Notes: generated by a model not told the origin, from the sequence alone. A DNA stretch of 64,000 bases from Thermoplasmatota archaeon (GCA_023484805.1 JAMDAM010000009.1:3561-67560), one strand, 5' to 3'; positions 52,265 through 62,340 are shown, counted from the stretch's first letter. Numbers and translations: made by a program.

Positions 52265-53880
52265 GCATTCCTGGCATCGATTATTGCCTTCTCCCTTTCT
52301 GTGCATAATATCCTGACTTTCCTAAGATGATTTTCATATGAAAAGAAACACTCTGAGTAAGGATCTGATCTCCCTCCAAGTAAGGTGGCAAAATTTACAC
52401 CTATAAACCCATTAAATCCGGGAATTGCAAAATCTCCCGAATTGGAGGATCTGGTACGAAAGCCGAAAATCCTTGCACTGTTTAGCAGAAGAGATTGGGA
52501 CCTGGGATTCATGAAAAAATCCTCTGGATTCTGGGTCATGCTGATAATGGAAGTGTTATAATGACGCGAATGGCGGGTAAGCGTGTCAAGGAGCTTTGAA
52601 CACTCAGCACAGTCTATCAGATTATGTGCCTCGTCCACCAGGACCATCTTCTTACTGTGAGTCGAAGTTATCATGGAAAGTATTGATAGCAATATGGAAA
52701 TCGTTGAGGGTTCATTGCTAGAACTTACGACATGCCCTGGCCTGAATACGATCACCTGGCTCTCCTGGATGACAATTTCATGCATGAAAACAGACGACAA
52801 TAGTTCTGATATCAACTTTACTGAGTCTGGAATGACCTTTTCATTTGATAGTAGACGAAGGAAGCCATGCATGCTCTTCATACCCTCAGTGTGAAGGTAT
52901 TCAGACAGATAATGCCTTAGAACCCGGATATCATCTGCAATTCCCCTGTCAAAATGAATGAGCATTGAGATGAAAGCATCTATGGTTTCGGGATTATTAC
53001 TGGAAACTCTCAATGGATCTATGTATTCCCCACTCCCGACGTTAACAACCGTGCCACCCCCTGGAAAAATAGCAGCATCATACTCGCCCAGTGGATCGAT
53101 TATGTATACATTATCTACGGCGGAAGTCAGTATCGCCCTTCTTACCATGAGTTTAGTAAAGAAAGATTTGCCAGAACCCGTTTCACCGAAAGACAGCACG
53201 TTGAATGAATTCCCACCGAATATGTTAATGAACACTGGCTTTTCTGTCAAGTCGTCCACACCAATGGCAATACCACCACCCTCAGGGACTGGTTCAAAAT
53301 GAATCGGAAGTATGCTGGCTACTGACAGTGAATCCATCAGGTAGCGTCCATTCGTATCATTGAACGGGCCCAATGAGGATATAATTTCTTTTCGTGTGAT
53401 TCTCTGTCTGATTTTCATTATTAGCCCAAGATATTCCAGTGACCCAATGACCCTTCTTGCGCTTCTGGATAATTCTATCGGATGGTCGCTTTCTAGGACA
53501 AGCTGAAAATCTGTTCCATACACCCTTCGTCCATTTTCAGAAATGCTCCTTAGAAGAGATTCCAGGGTTTCCACATGCCTCTTGAGGCGAAGTGCCCGGG
53601 TCCTGTCCTTCCTGTCCTCGTATTTCATTTCAGACTTCCGTGAAGCATGCAGCCTTTTTATGGTTCTTTCCGAAGCCTTTTCAGGCAAGGATGAAAGCGA
53701 TATTCTCTGCCTCATCCGAAGATTCGTTGATTCCAGAAGTGAGCAGTACATACCTGCAGAGTCATAGTCTCCATCGACAAGTGAAAGGAAAGCGCGATAT
53801 TGCGATAGTTTTACCTGTGGCCCGGATATCAAAAAACGTTGATCAACTAAAAACTTCTGTTTATCTCCCACTCTTTTCAC
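52261..53880 (-). CDS. VirB4-like (HerA/FtsK superfamily) ATPase
   Basis: GETGSGKS, IIDPLGEY, VLVDEAH, R..RHY, TQN; operon context. Confidence 0.85.
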   Translation of the reverse strand: MKRVGDKQKFLVDQRFLISGPQVKLSQYRAFLSLVDGDYDSAGMYCSLLESTNLRMRQRISLSSLPEKASERTIKRLHASRKSEMKYEDRKDRTRALRLKRHVETLESLLRSISENGRRVYGTDFQLVLESDHPIELSRSARRVIGSLEYLGLIMKIRQRITRKEIISSLGPFNDTNGRYLMDSLSVASILPIHFEPVPEGGGIAIGVDDLTEKPVFINIFGGNSFNVLSFGETGSGKSFFTKLMVRRAILTSAVDNVYIIDPLGEYDAAIFPGGGTVVNVGSGEYIDPLRVSSNNPETIDAFISMLIHFDRGIADDIRVLRHYLSEYLHTEGMKSMHGFLRLLSNEKVIPDSVKLISELLSSVFMHEIVIQESQVIVFRPGHVVSSSNEPSTISILLSILSMITSTHSKKMVLVDEAHNLIDCAECSKLLDTLTRHSRHYNTSIISMTQNPEDFFMNPRSQSLLLNSARIFGFRTRSSNSGDFAIPGFNGFIGVNFATLLGGRSDPYSECFFSYENHLRKVRILCTEREKAIIDARNA

Positions 53881-54629
53881 TCAATCCCGATAAAAGTATC
53901 CTGTGATAATTGTTTCAAAATCCCCCTGCCAACTTCGTCTTCACTTATTATGTCCACAACGAGACCAGACCTCTGCAGGTTTTCTTTGAATTCCTCTGTT
54001 TCTTTCCTCATGGTGTCGATCTGCGGGGGCTTACCCTGCTTGACCCTGAAACTGAGGAAAAAGTATGGTTTATAAAAGATTGAATCACTTGCAAGAAAGG
54101 AGACCAGTCCATCATAATCCATGGAGTCTTCATCTTGCAATCCTGTTATATAACTGGACAGATCTGCTTTGATGGGCAGAGCCATTACTGTCAGTTCTGC
54201 CGTCAATTGATCTATTGATTTGGATATCGCTGAAGCTTCGGCGATTATCTCACCTGATTTCATCATTTGATAGGGCAAGCCACCTGCACAGATGACTGAG
54301 AATATCCTGTTTTTATCCCTGAAGATGCAGATTCCACTGCTGCAGTCCATGGTTATCTCGTACCTCAGCATGCCCGCTTTTCGATGAAACAGTGATAAAA
54401 ACCTATGCATTACGGTTGAGGGCAGGAATCCTTTGTCAGTTGGAAAAAGAGTAAAAATGGATCCCCCGGAAGCAACTACAATGGAGACCAGCATATTGAA
54501 ATGAAAAATAATTGCAGAAATGATGAAGAGAAGTGCAATCGCTGAAATCTTCCTTGCGTCCATTCCTCCGATCCTGGGGGTGTAATTCCTGACGTTAGCG
54601 GGAATCCTCACTCCTTGCCCTTCTCCCAA
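53877..54629 (-). CDS. PrgI/VirB3-like membrane protein with cytoplasmic extension
   Basis: V.IPANV.NY.P.IGGMD.R N-terminus + 2 TM; AGGTGA RBS; coupled to the ATPase by a GTGA overlap. Confidence 0.65.
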   Translation of the reverse strand: MGEGQGVRIPANVRNYTPRIGGMDARKISAIALLFIISAIIFHFNMLVSIVVASGGSIFTLFPTDKGFLPSTVMHRFLSLFHRKAGMLRYEITMDCSSGICIFRDKNRIFSVICAGGLPYQMMKSGEIIAEASAISKSIDQLTAELTVMALPIKADLSSYITGLQDEDSMDYDGLVSFLASDSIFYKPYFFLSFRVKQGKPPQIDTMRKETEEFKENLQRSGLVVDIISEDEVGRGILKQLSQDTFIGIE

Positions 54630-54633
54630 CTGA

Positions 54634-55695
54634 TCACCTTACCCTCCTGTATTTTAATTTCTCATTCTCGACTGATTTCCAATCGATGCCATTATGCGGC
54701 TGCATTCCCGTTCTAAGTGGACCAGAGTTTCCCTTCTCTTTGTTCCATACGGGATATGAAAGCATGTTTCCAAGATTGGACAGGCTTGTATTCCCGGCTA
54801 GCACGGATCCGGCATATCCAACCTGGGATGCGGCTCCAGATATTACTGATGCAGCGGAAATTTCACCATACGCAGATTGAAACGAGGCAAACCTGTAAAT
54901 CATGGAGTTCGACATTATAAGGGTTGGAATAAGAGAGGCAAGGGTCAGAAAACCTATTTGCAGAATGAAATCGCCATAAAAAATGTGAACAAGAACGAGT
55001 AAAATAACCACAAACAACGGGAGAATTGCGGATTCCGCGAAGAGCATCCATAATTTTATTGCAATCTTGGAAGATTCACGTGTTATAAGGAAAATGCTGA
55101 ATACTGGCAGCATCAGTGTAAGGAAAATGATAATCGCCTGCCTCACTATTAGCATGCCAAGCATGGCAAAGGTTGCAACGAAAAGCCAGCTAAGAAGGAA
55201 AAACTCAATAAGCGCATTGGAAGATCCAACCTGAGCTAGAGGGATTGAAATGTTGGAGGAGATGTTTGTAACAGAAAGAAGGCTAAACCAGTTTATGCTG
55301 TCGTATTCCCAGAGAATGCTGTATGCATAATACGAGACCTGGACAATGAACTGGCTTATTCCCACACTGCCAATGAATATGACAACTGAAGCAGAAAAGC
55401 GCAGGCCGAACTCACCCAGACCCACATTCCCTCCGATTGAAGATGAGAACAGGATGAATATGGAGACAGCAACCATTGCAAAGGCCGCAACCTCAAAATA
55501 TAGGTTGTTAAGAATGTAATAGTAAAACCCCATAAAAGAAGAGTTCTGGCCAAGCAGAGGAAAGGCATAAGACGGTTGTAACCCGTACTTGACAAGGAAA
55601 TACCAAAACCCTCCGATAAGCCCGACATACGCTTCATCCGCAAGGTAAATGATTATGGAAATCAGCTTTGGGATATCGGATAAGATGGACAGCAT
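54634..55695 (-). CDS. VirB6/TrbL-like polytopic membrane protein
   Basis: About 7 TM helices, R...I......P pattern, G/A/S-rich cytoplasmic tail. Confidence 0.65.
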   Translation of the reverse strand: MLSILSDIPKLISIIIYLADEAYVGLIGGFWYFLVKYGLQPSYAFPLLGQNSSFMGFYYYILNNLYFEVAAFAMVAVSIFILFSSSIGGNVGLGEFGLRFSASVVIFIGSVGISQFIVQVSYYAYSILWEYDSINWFSLLSVTNISSNISIPLAQVGSSNALIEFFLLSWLFVATFAMLGMLIVRQAIIIFLTLMLPVFSIFLITRESSKIAIKLWMLFAESAILPLFVVILLVLVHIFYGDFILQIGFLTLASLIPTLIMSNSMIYRFASFQSAYGEISAASVISGAASQVGYAGSVLAGNTSLSNLGNMLSYPVWNKEKGNSGPLRTGMQPHNGIDWKSVENEKLKYRRVR

Positions 55696-55702
55696 GAGGC
55701 CA

Positions 55703-55990
55703 TTACCCTATTGCCACATAATTGAAAACTGCGTAGATTACCCCGCTTATTGCCAGTACGTAAATCAATGTACCAATCAGTGCGTTTTTTAGCCTGCCCC
55801 TTGCCTCAAATCTCTTGTTTTCATCTGTACTGAAGAAACTCAGTGCAATGGGTATCCATAGCAATGCAACTACCACGGCAGAAATTGACACAACAACCTC
55901 AAGCAACCTACTCAGAGCCCCTGACAGCTGGGAAGTGGATGAAACATAACTCAAGACCTCAATTATACCTATTTGTGATAATGATGCCAT
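55703..55990 (-). CDS. VirB2/TrbC-like pilin
   Basis: 95 aa; two hydrophobic helices separated by DENKRFEARGRLKNALIG. Confidence 0.7.
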   Translation of the reverse strand: MASLSQIGIIEVLSYVSSTSQLSGALSRLLEVVVSISAVVVALLWIPIALSFFSTDENKRFEARGRLKNALIGTLIYVLAISGVIYAVFNYVAIG

Positions 55991-56013
55991 TATTTCACTA
56001 TATTAATGAGTTG

Positions 56014-56019
56014 TATAAA
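56014..56019 (-). promoter_or_regulatory. TATA box of the pilin operon (probably a leaderless transcript)
   Basis: TTTATA on the minus strand 24-29 nt upstream of the ATG at 55990. Confidence 0.5.
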
Positions 56020-56356
56020 TTGCTATTTATGCCAATCTTGCATCAACTATTTTGCCTGATTATTTCCGGGCAGGTGTTCCGCATCACAATGGTACTGCAT
56101 GATAACTCCCAATCGTCTTAAACAGGCATGGATTGACAGAATGATAGCCGGAGAGGGCTGTTAAGGCGAACCCATCTGACTTTTCTCCACCGTTCAAAGG
56201 CAGGATGCTTTCCGGCTTAAAGCTTACATTCCCTTATCTGCGTGAAACATAGAACATTTGTGCAGCTGGCGTAAACCGTTGTGCAATTCTACACATAGAT
56301 GTAAAGCACAAGAAGAATTGCACAGTGACTCTTACAGGATACTAAATTTGAGCGGA

Positions 56357-56860
56357 TCAGGAATCTGTCCTCGCCAGGCTCATTTCCCGCTTTATCTTGG
56401 CGAGTCCATCTAGGCGGATCTTGCTTCTGGCTTCTCCTTCAGTGAATCTCCTTTTTTCATCATCAGTTTCCACGGACAGTGAAGGAATGGCAGTAGGTCT
56501 TCCGTCCTGGTCAACCGCTACATATGTAAGATAGGCCTTTGTCGTGAACCTTTCAGTTCCAGTAAGCCCTTCCTGTGAATTGACGTCGACCTCGATTTCC
56601 ATTGTGGTTCTGGTCACGTAATTTACCCTGCCCTCCATTTTGACTATGTCAGCGATATGGATTGGTGAAAGGAAATAAAGGCTGTCAATGCTGCCTGTGA
56701 CTGCCCGCCTGCGGGCATGCTTGATTGCAACTATGGAAGCGACATTGTCAATCCACTCCACGAGCCTTCCGCCGTAAAGTGCGTTAAATATGTTTGTATC
56801 AGCCGGAAGCACCAGTCTTTCAATTTTTGTATACGAATCCTCCCACTTTTTTGTCTCCAT
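56357..56860 (-). CDS. Acyl-CoA thioesterase (hotdog fold)
   Basis: P.DTN....L.GG, F.SPI..D, YVAVD..G.P. Confidence 0.9.
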   Translation of the reverse strand: METKKWEDSYTKIERLVLPADTNIFNALYGGRLVEWIDNVASIVAIKHARRRAVTGSIDSLYFLSPIHIADIVKMEGRVNYVTRTTMEIEVDVNSQEGLTGTERFTTKAYLTYVAVDQDGRPTAIPSLSVETDDEKRRFTEGEARSKIRLDGLAKIKREMSLARTDS

Positions 56861-56942
56861 GTATACTCAATAAATTCTTAGTTCTATATGGTTTTGGTAT
56901 GATGTGGCGATAATTAGTTATCCGGTACAGGCATCAGGATTC

Positions 56943-57608
56943 ATGGAACCTCCGACAGACATTGAAAAACGCTCTGCTGCAACCGGTGCGCTCAAGTTCG
57001 TGAAAGATAACTCCACAATAGGGCTTGGGACCGGAACCACTACCCACTATTTCATTCTCGGCCTTGCGGAACTTGTAAAGCAGGGAATTAACGTGAAATG
57101 CATGGCTAGCTCCATAGATACCGCAATGAAGGCAGAGTCCCTCGGTATCACAGTGATAGATACGTACCCGGATACACTCGATGCCTATTTCGATGGAGCA
57201 GACGAGGTTGAACCTAGAGGCAGCCTTATCAAGGGAGGTGGCGGAGCTCTTACACGTGAGAAAATCCTGGCTTATAACAGCCGTGAATTCAATGTCATGG
57301 TGGACAGTTCGAAGGTCAAGGAGAAGCTGGGAAATTTCGGTGTTCCCGTAGAGGTTCTCAATTTCGGAATTAGCTTTACCATATCAAATATAGAGCGCCT
57401 TGGAGGAAAGTGCAACGTAAGGAGCGACTTTGAGAGTGATAACGGAAACCCGCTGATTGATTGCTACTTTGGCGAAATAGACAATCCCACCATGCTTGAG
57501 AGCATGATTAAAAGGATTCCCGGCGTAGTGGAGGTCGGCATCTTTAACGGCATGACAAAGCGAATATTCCAGGGAAAAGGAAAAGAATATGTTTTGAAGG
57601 AAGTATGA
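56943..57608 (+). CDS. rpiA: Ribose-5-phosphate isomerase A
   Basis: GLGTG.T, DGADEV, KGGGGAL.REK, DNGN, GVVE.G.F. Confidence 0.97.
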   Translation: MEPPTDIEKRSAATGALKFVKDNSTIGLGTGTTTHYFILGLAELVKQGINVKCMASSIDTAMKAESLGITVIDTYPDTLDAYFDGADEVEPRGSLIKGGGGALTREKILAYNSREFNVMVDSSKVKEKLGNFGVPVEVLNFGISFTISNIERLGGKCNVRSDFESDNGNPLIDCYFGEIDNPTMLESMIKRIPGVVEVGIFNGMTKRIFQGKGKEYVLKEV

Positions 57609-57616
57609 TGAATTAA

Positions 57617-57973
57617 TCACTTCTGGAATGATTTAAGGCTCTCTATATTGTTGTTGATTTCAGCGATCTTGTTTGAAAGTTCCTGTATTATCTCATCCAG
57701 TATCTCATTGAAACTCTTTGAGAGCTTATATCCATGTATGGGCCTTCCTTTACCTTCCTTTTTCATATTGCGTTTATTTATCCAGCCTTTCCTGCGTAAC
57801 CATTGCATTGCTATTGAGACCTCCGGCTGCCGGAGACTGGTTTCCCTCTCTATCTCAACACTGGTTATTTCACCCTTGTTCCTGATATAAACCAGAGTAT
57901 AGGCTACGCTGCGCGGAATGTCTGAAATTATGAGAAATCTGGCAAGTTTTTCACTTTCTTCTGAGAGCGGCAC
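57617..57973 (-). CDS. Winged-helix transcriptional regulator
   Basis: S.EIE....LRQPEVSIAM..L...GW, GKGRP...Y. Confidence 0.85.
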   Translation of the reverse strand: MPLSEESEKLARFLIISDIPRSVAYTLVYIRNKGEITSVEIERETSLRQPEVSIAMQWLRRKGWINKRNMKKEGKGRPIHGYKLSKSFNEILDEIIQELSNKIAEINNNIESLKSFQK

Positions 57974-58057
57974 GACTATCGGCTCATAATATTATAATTG
58001 TATATATATTTAACTACATAAAATAATTTATCAGTCATTATGCATGCCCTCCATATT

Positions 58058-58315
58058 TCATGATTTTGCAAGTGCTTCAAGTTTGCTGATTATTGTGTAA
58101 AGAGCAGCTCTGCCGTGTGATGGAACGTTCGGGTCGTTCGATATTTCATCAAGAATTGAAACAGCAGTCGCGCACCTGAGGTCCAGGCTGTTTTTCTGAA
58201 CACCCATTTTATCCTTGGCATCCGTTGCACTCTTCCTGACATTTTTAGGAACTGACGTATCCTGCGAAAGGTCGTCCAACAGGAATATTACCTCTTCATA
58301 CAGATTTTTGTCCAA
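58058..58315 (-). CDS. UPF0147 family protein
   Basis: D.SVPKNVR, S.LDEISNDPN.P.H.R. Confidence 0.88.
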   Translation of the reverse strand: MDKNLYEEVIFLLDDLSQDTSVPKNVRKSATDAKDKMGVQKNSLDLRCATAVSILDEISNDPNVPSHGRAALYTIISKLEALAKS

Positions 58316-58320
58316 TTATA

Positions 58321-58638
58321 TCACTCCATTATTTTTTTTCCGGATTCCTTTACCACGGAAAGCGCCATCATCGTCTTCGTTCTCTTTATTCCAGCAATCT
58401 TTCCCAGATCGTCCACGAGGAATTTCTGGAGCCCGGAATAGTCCGGGAATCTCACCTTGAGTATGATATCGTACTCCCCTGTTACAACGTATTCATCATC
58501 CACATTGGTATATCCTGCAATCTCCTTGATTATCCTGTCGACTGAATTAATGTCGGCTTCTACTCCAACTATTGCGGTAACTATCTTCTGTCTGTAATAC
58601 TCTCCAAGAGTTCCAGTTATGTTGTCTCCCGTGGTCAT
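58321..58638 (-). CDS. Lrp/AsnC ligand-binding domain protein (no HTH)
   Basis: VTGEYDII, I.GI..T.T. Confidence 0.85.
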   Translation of the reverse strand: MTTGDNITGTLGEYYRQKIVTAIVGVEADINSVDRIIKEIAGYTNVDDEYVVTGEYDIILKVRFPDYSGLQKFLVDDLGKIAGIKRTKTMMALSVVKESGKKIME

Positions 58639-58822
58639 TTTTTCACCTTGATCGAATGGCTCTGAATTGCATAAGTCTGACGATATGCACTGTTGTATGT
58701 TTGCCTTTTCGGTTTAGCCTTATAATAAAAATGAAGATAAGGATTTCGACCACATCTGAAACCTTCTTGGAAGCCGCCTACTAAAGAAATATTTATACGC
58801 TCTGGATAATCTCCTGATATTA

Positions 58823-58924
58823 CCCGGCTTAGCTCAGTTGGTAGAGCGGCGGACTGTAGAGGGAAAGACTGGCAAGAAAACCGCCGTTATCCGCAGGTCT
58901 CTGGTTCAAATCCGGAAGCCGGGA
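58823..58924 (+). tRNA. tRNA-Tyr(GTA) with a 29-nt intron at 37/38 (58860-58888)
   Basis: CCCGGCT/AGCCGGG acceptor stem, D arm AGCTCAGTTGGTAGAGC, anticodon GTA at 58856-58858, GGTTCAAATCC T arm, TTTATA upstream; CCA not encoded. Confidence 0.95.
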
Positions 58925-59224
58925 TTTGTTATCTGGTGTAATCCCTTTAATACACCAGTATGATTATCAGCAAGGCAATCAGTTATAATTCATATGGCAG
59001 TCTATTACCTGCTGAATCTCAGGCTTTTAGCCACACATATTATTTTCCTGGTTTCTTGTCTTCAGTGCAAATACCCATTATGCGGCTGTTATCATACTTA
59101 CAAACGCATTGTGACATCATAAAAACAATCTGCATATGCCACCGGATTCACGCCTTCATTTTTCAAAAACTGTTACCAAAAAAAGAGGGATGTTTGAGGC
59201 ATCTTCTGTCGTGAAATATACGAC

Positions 59225-60757
59225 TCAGAGCTGCCATACGGCCTTTCCCCCCACCCACGTTCCAACAACATTGATGTGCTGGAGTTCGTCATCCGGTGCT
59301 GCCAGTGGATCTCTATCGATCACTATGAAATCGGCCATATTGCCCTCCAATAGAGAACCTATCTCAGGATTTCTCAATGCCAGCGCAGATCCCTGTGTAT
59401 ATGCCTCGAGGGCCTGTTCAGTGCTTATTCGCTCTTCGCCAGAAAGAAGACCCAGGGGTATACCTTCATGCGACCCCCTTGTAACTGCTGCATATACTGT
59501 TTCCCACGGGTTTATATTTTCTACGGGGCAGTCTGTCGACAACGCTATCGGTATCTTATTTTTCAGCATTGTATTGAAAGGATAGGCCATTCCAACCTTC
59601 CCTTCCCCTATGCGGTTAAGAGTCCAGAAATCCGTGATGGTGAAGTGGGGCTGGACAACAAGAACTGCCTTGCAATTTTTTATTCTTTCGAACTGGTCAC
59701 TACGAACCAGGGAAGCATGCTCTATTCTGTGCTCCTTCCCTAGTTTTTCATACACCGAAAGGACATTATCCAGCGCCTTATCACCGATTGCATGAGTACC
59801 GATATCCATCCTCTTGCCTTCCGCTAATTTACCGCTGCCATATATGCTGTCGTTGCTTTCCCTGGCTTCTCCAAAGTTCTCTGGATTGTCCATGTAAGGG
59901 AATGATAAAAGAGCGGTTCTGGAACCCAGCGATCCATCACTGAATGCCTTGACACCGGAAATTCTTAGAAATTCATCTCCACTGGAATACTCAAGGCTGG
60001 GAAACTCATCGGAGGAGATATATGCATGGATTCTCAAAGAAAGCCCTCTTTTAAGCTTAAGATGTGAGAGAATGGCATACTGCCTAATACTGCAGCTCAT
60101 AAATCCCACCGATGTCACTCCGGCTTTATTTGCTTCTCTCTCAGCTTTTTGAAGCATTTCTTCCCACTGTTCGTCAGGCATGTGGATTTTTATCCAGTCG
60201 TCAGCATAGCCGAACACTCTCTCCTTCACGACTCCTGTAACACTTCCGGTAGAATCCCTGACCAGGTCCTCGTCACCAGCAAATTCCTCTTCAAGCCCCA
60301 TTTCTTTAATAGCGGCACTGTTCATGACTGCGGAATGAAGATCCACCCTGCTCATGAATACCGGCCTGATGTTCTGCACCATGTCCAAATCATCCCTGGT
60401 AGGCCATCTGCTTTCCGAGAAGAGGTCCTGATCCCAGCCATGGCCGAGGATCCACCCACCATCCTTAGCGATACATGAGATCTTCGCCTTCATCTCCTCT
60501 ATGGATGTCATACCCCTTAGATCAATTATCGAAATGTATTTGCCGAAATCGTCAAGATGCATGTGTGCATCGATGAATCCTGGCATTATCACCTGGTCTT
60601 GGTATGTTTTCACCTCAACTTCACTTCCCATATTCCTGACAACATCTTCAAAGCTTCCCGTGGCACGGACAACACCCCCATCAATGCCTATTGCTCCGCA
60701 TGTCTTCTTTGGATTGAAGGACAGGTAAATGATCTTTGCAGTTACGATGTATTTCAT
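59225..60757 (-). CDS. Amidohydrolase 3 (YtcJ-like)
   Basis: PGFIDAHMH, DGSLGSRTA, HAIGD, RIEHA, STDCP. Confidence 0.92.
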   Translation of the reverse strand: MKYIVTAKIIYLSFNPKKTCGAIGIDGGVVRATGSFEDVVRNMGSEVEVKTYQDQVIMPGFIDAHMHLDDFGKYISIIDLRGMTSIEEMKAKISCIAKDGGWILGHGWDQDLFSESRWPTRDDLDMVQNIRPVFMSRVDLHSAVMNSAAIKEMGLEEEFAGDEDLVRDSTGSVTGVVKERVFGYADDWIKIHMPDEQWEEMLQKAEREANKAGVTSVGFMSCSIRQYAILSHLKLKRGLSLRIHAYISSDEFPSLEYSSGDEFLRISGVKAFSDGSLGSRTALLSFPYMDNPENFGEARESNDSIYGSGKLAEGKRMDIGTHAIGDKALDNVLSVYEKLGKEHRIEHASLVRSDQFERIKNCKAVLVVQPHFTITDFWTLNRIGEGKVGMAYPFNTMLKNKIPIALSTDCPVENINPWETVYAAVTRGSHEGIPLGLLSGEERISTEQALEAYTQGSALALRNPEIGSLLEGNMADFIVIDRDPLAAPDDELQHINVVGTWVGGKAVWQL

Positions 60758-60890
60758 ATGCCGCGTATCATTTACGCCCTGATTAAATTCTGTTATGTTT
60801 GAGACCGTTTTTACCATGGTCGCGGGTTACAGTTCCGCCCTGTAGCGGCAACTAACGAAAGATTTTTCATGATGTGGATGATATCAAGTT

Positions 60891-61451
60891 ATGATGCCCA
60901 ATTATGAGAAACTCGTAAAGAAGGAGGGAAGCGCCCTGATCATCTGGGATGTCCAGGAGACTCTGGTTTCAAGGATATTTAACAGGGATGAATTTCTTGG
61001 AAACGTGAAGAAGCTTTTATCGGAAGCAAGGAAGCACAACATTCCTGTGTTTTATACCAAAATCACGCCCCTGCCAGAGAGATTTGAGTCTCCGGTCAGA
61101 AAGGCAGCAGGGTTTGGCAGATTTCAGCCAGGGGAAATAAATGAATCGATCAGCCCTTCCAGCGACGATATCGTGATTAACAAGAACACGGCGAGTATCT
61201 TTATAGGGACAAACTTCGAACTCATGGTGAGGAATGCAGACATCAGGACGCTTATTTTCACTGGGATAGCAACCGAAATCGGAATAGAAACATCAGCCAG
61301 GCATGCCCAGAATCTGGGGTTCCTGCCAGTTATTGCTGAGGATGGCGTTTCCTCCGGAGATAAAGAAGCACATGAGAGGAGCTTGAAGAATATGGCCAAA
61401 CTGATGCCAGTGATGAAGACTGATAGCCTCATAAAGGTATTGAGAGCGTAA
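60891..61451 (+). CDS. Isochorismatase-family hydrolase (YecD-like)
   Basis: ALIIWDVQ, K...S.F.GT, GIATEIGIETSAR. Confidence 0.88.
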   Translation: MMPNYEKLVKKEGSALIIWDVQETLVSRIFNRDEFLGNVKKLLSEARKHNIPVFYTKITPLPERFESPVRKAAGFGRFQPGEINESISPSSDDIVINKNTASIFIGTNFELMVRNADIRTLIFTGIATEIGIETSARHAQNLGFLPVIAEDGVSSGDKEAHERSLKNMAKLMPVMKTDSLIKVLRA

Positions 61452-61541
61452 TCTTCCATTTTATTAACAAATGCTTCCTACCGCATACCTCTTTTTCCTT
61501 ATTTAAGCACTTAAGCATTCGTCCATTTTTGTTTATGAGAT

Positions 61542-62300
61542 TCACTGCACAATCTCAGTCACCGAGTTTCCCTTATTGATCCCGACTGTAATGAAGCCCG
61601 TATGGATGAGGCCACTGCTGTCGGGTCTTGTTGATCCCGGTCTTACTATAATCTTTCTCAATTCCAGCTCCACGGTCTCCAGGATCATGAATCCAGCATT
61701 CCCTGCATCAGTTACGAATCTCTCTGACTGGTTGAAGTTTGGGCAATATGCCACCAGGATTCCACCACTTCGCAAATATTTTCTGGCAACTGACAGAGAA
61801 TCCCACGGGTTTGGAACGTCCAGAATACATGCATCGTAACCTCTGATTCCATGATCATCCTCCATCCTGCCGTTTACCGGATGCCAGTTTGCCAGGTCAA
61901 AAAACCTGCTTAGCCCATCACCTGCCACTTTCAGCCTTTCAGCGTCAGTGTCGATGGACGTGAGATTTCCGGTGTTCCCAATTGCCCATAGAAGGTGCGC
62001 GGTCAGGGCTCCGCTTCCAACGCCAGATTCCACAACATTGCTTCCAGTATGTATGCCTGATTTTGCCAGAATATATGCAGCATCGTGAGTCTGTATAATC
62101 TGTGCTTTCCTGTCGGAAACTGCAGGGAATAGCGACGGGTTGAAATCCAGGACCTGCCACATTTCCCTGTTTATTCTTAAAGTGTCTCCACTGTCTATTA
62201 CTGAATTCCTGGCAAGGTGGAATGTTTTCCCGTGTATACTCACCGTAAAGTTGTCGCTATCAAGTGTGCCAAATCTGTCTCCACACTGAATTACCTTCAC
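61542..62300 (-). CDS. trmI: tRNA (adenine-N1)-methyltransferase
   Basis: AQII...D, ESGVGSGALT, LDVPNPW, RP.....HTGF. Confidence 0.9.
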   Translation of the reverse strand: MKVIQCGDRFGTLDSDNFTVSIHGKTFHLARNSVIDSGDTLRINREMWQVLDFNPSLFPAVSDRKAQIIQTHDAAYILAKSGIHTGSNVVESGVGSGALTAHLLWAIGNTGNLTSIDTDAERLKVAGDGLSRFFDLANWHPVNGRMEDDHGIRGYDACILDVPNPWDSLSVARKYLRSGGILVAYCPNFNQSERFVTDAGNAGFMILETVELELRKIIVRPGSTRPDSSGLIHTGFITVGINKGNSVTEIVQ

Positions 62301-62340
62301 ACCATAGTATTGACACCCAATATAAAAATATAGGACTGGA

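Noticed and set aside
52261-58924. Integrative conjugative element inserted at tRNA-Tyr
   Set aside because: No integrase or duplicated tRNA 3' end noticed; core genes (rpiA, UPF0147) lie between the operon and the tRNA
60891-61451. Missing catalytic Cys in the isochorismatase-family protein as a novelty
   Set aside because: A GIAT.IG.E..AR variant is typical of the YecD-like subfamily
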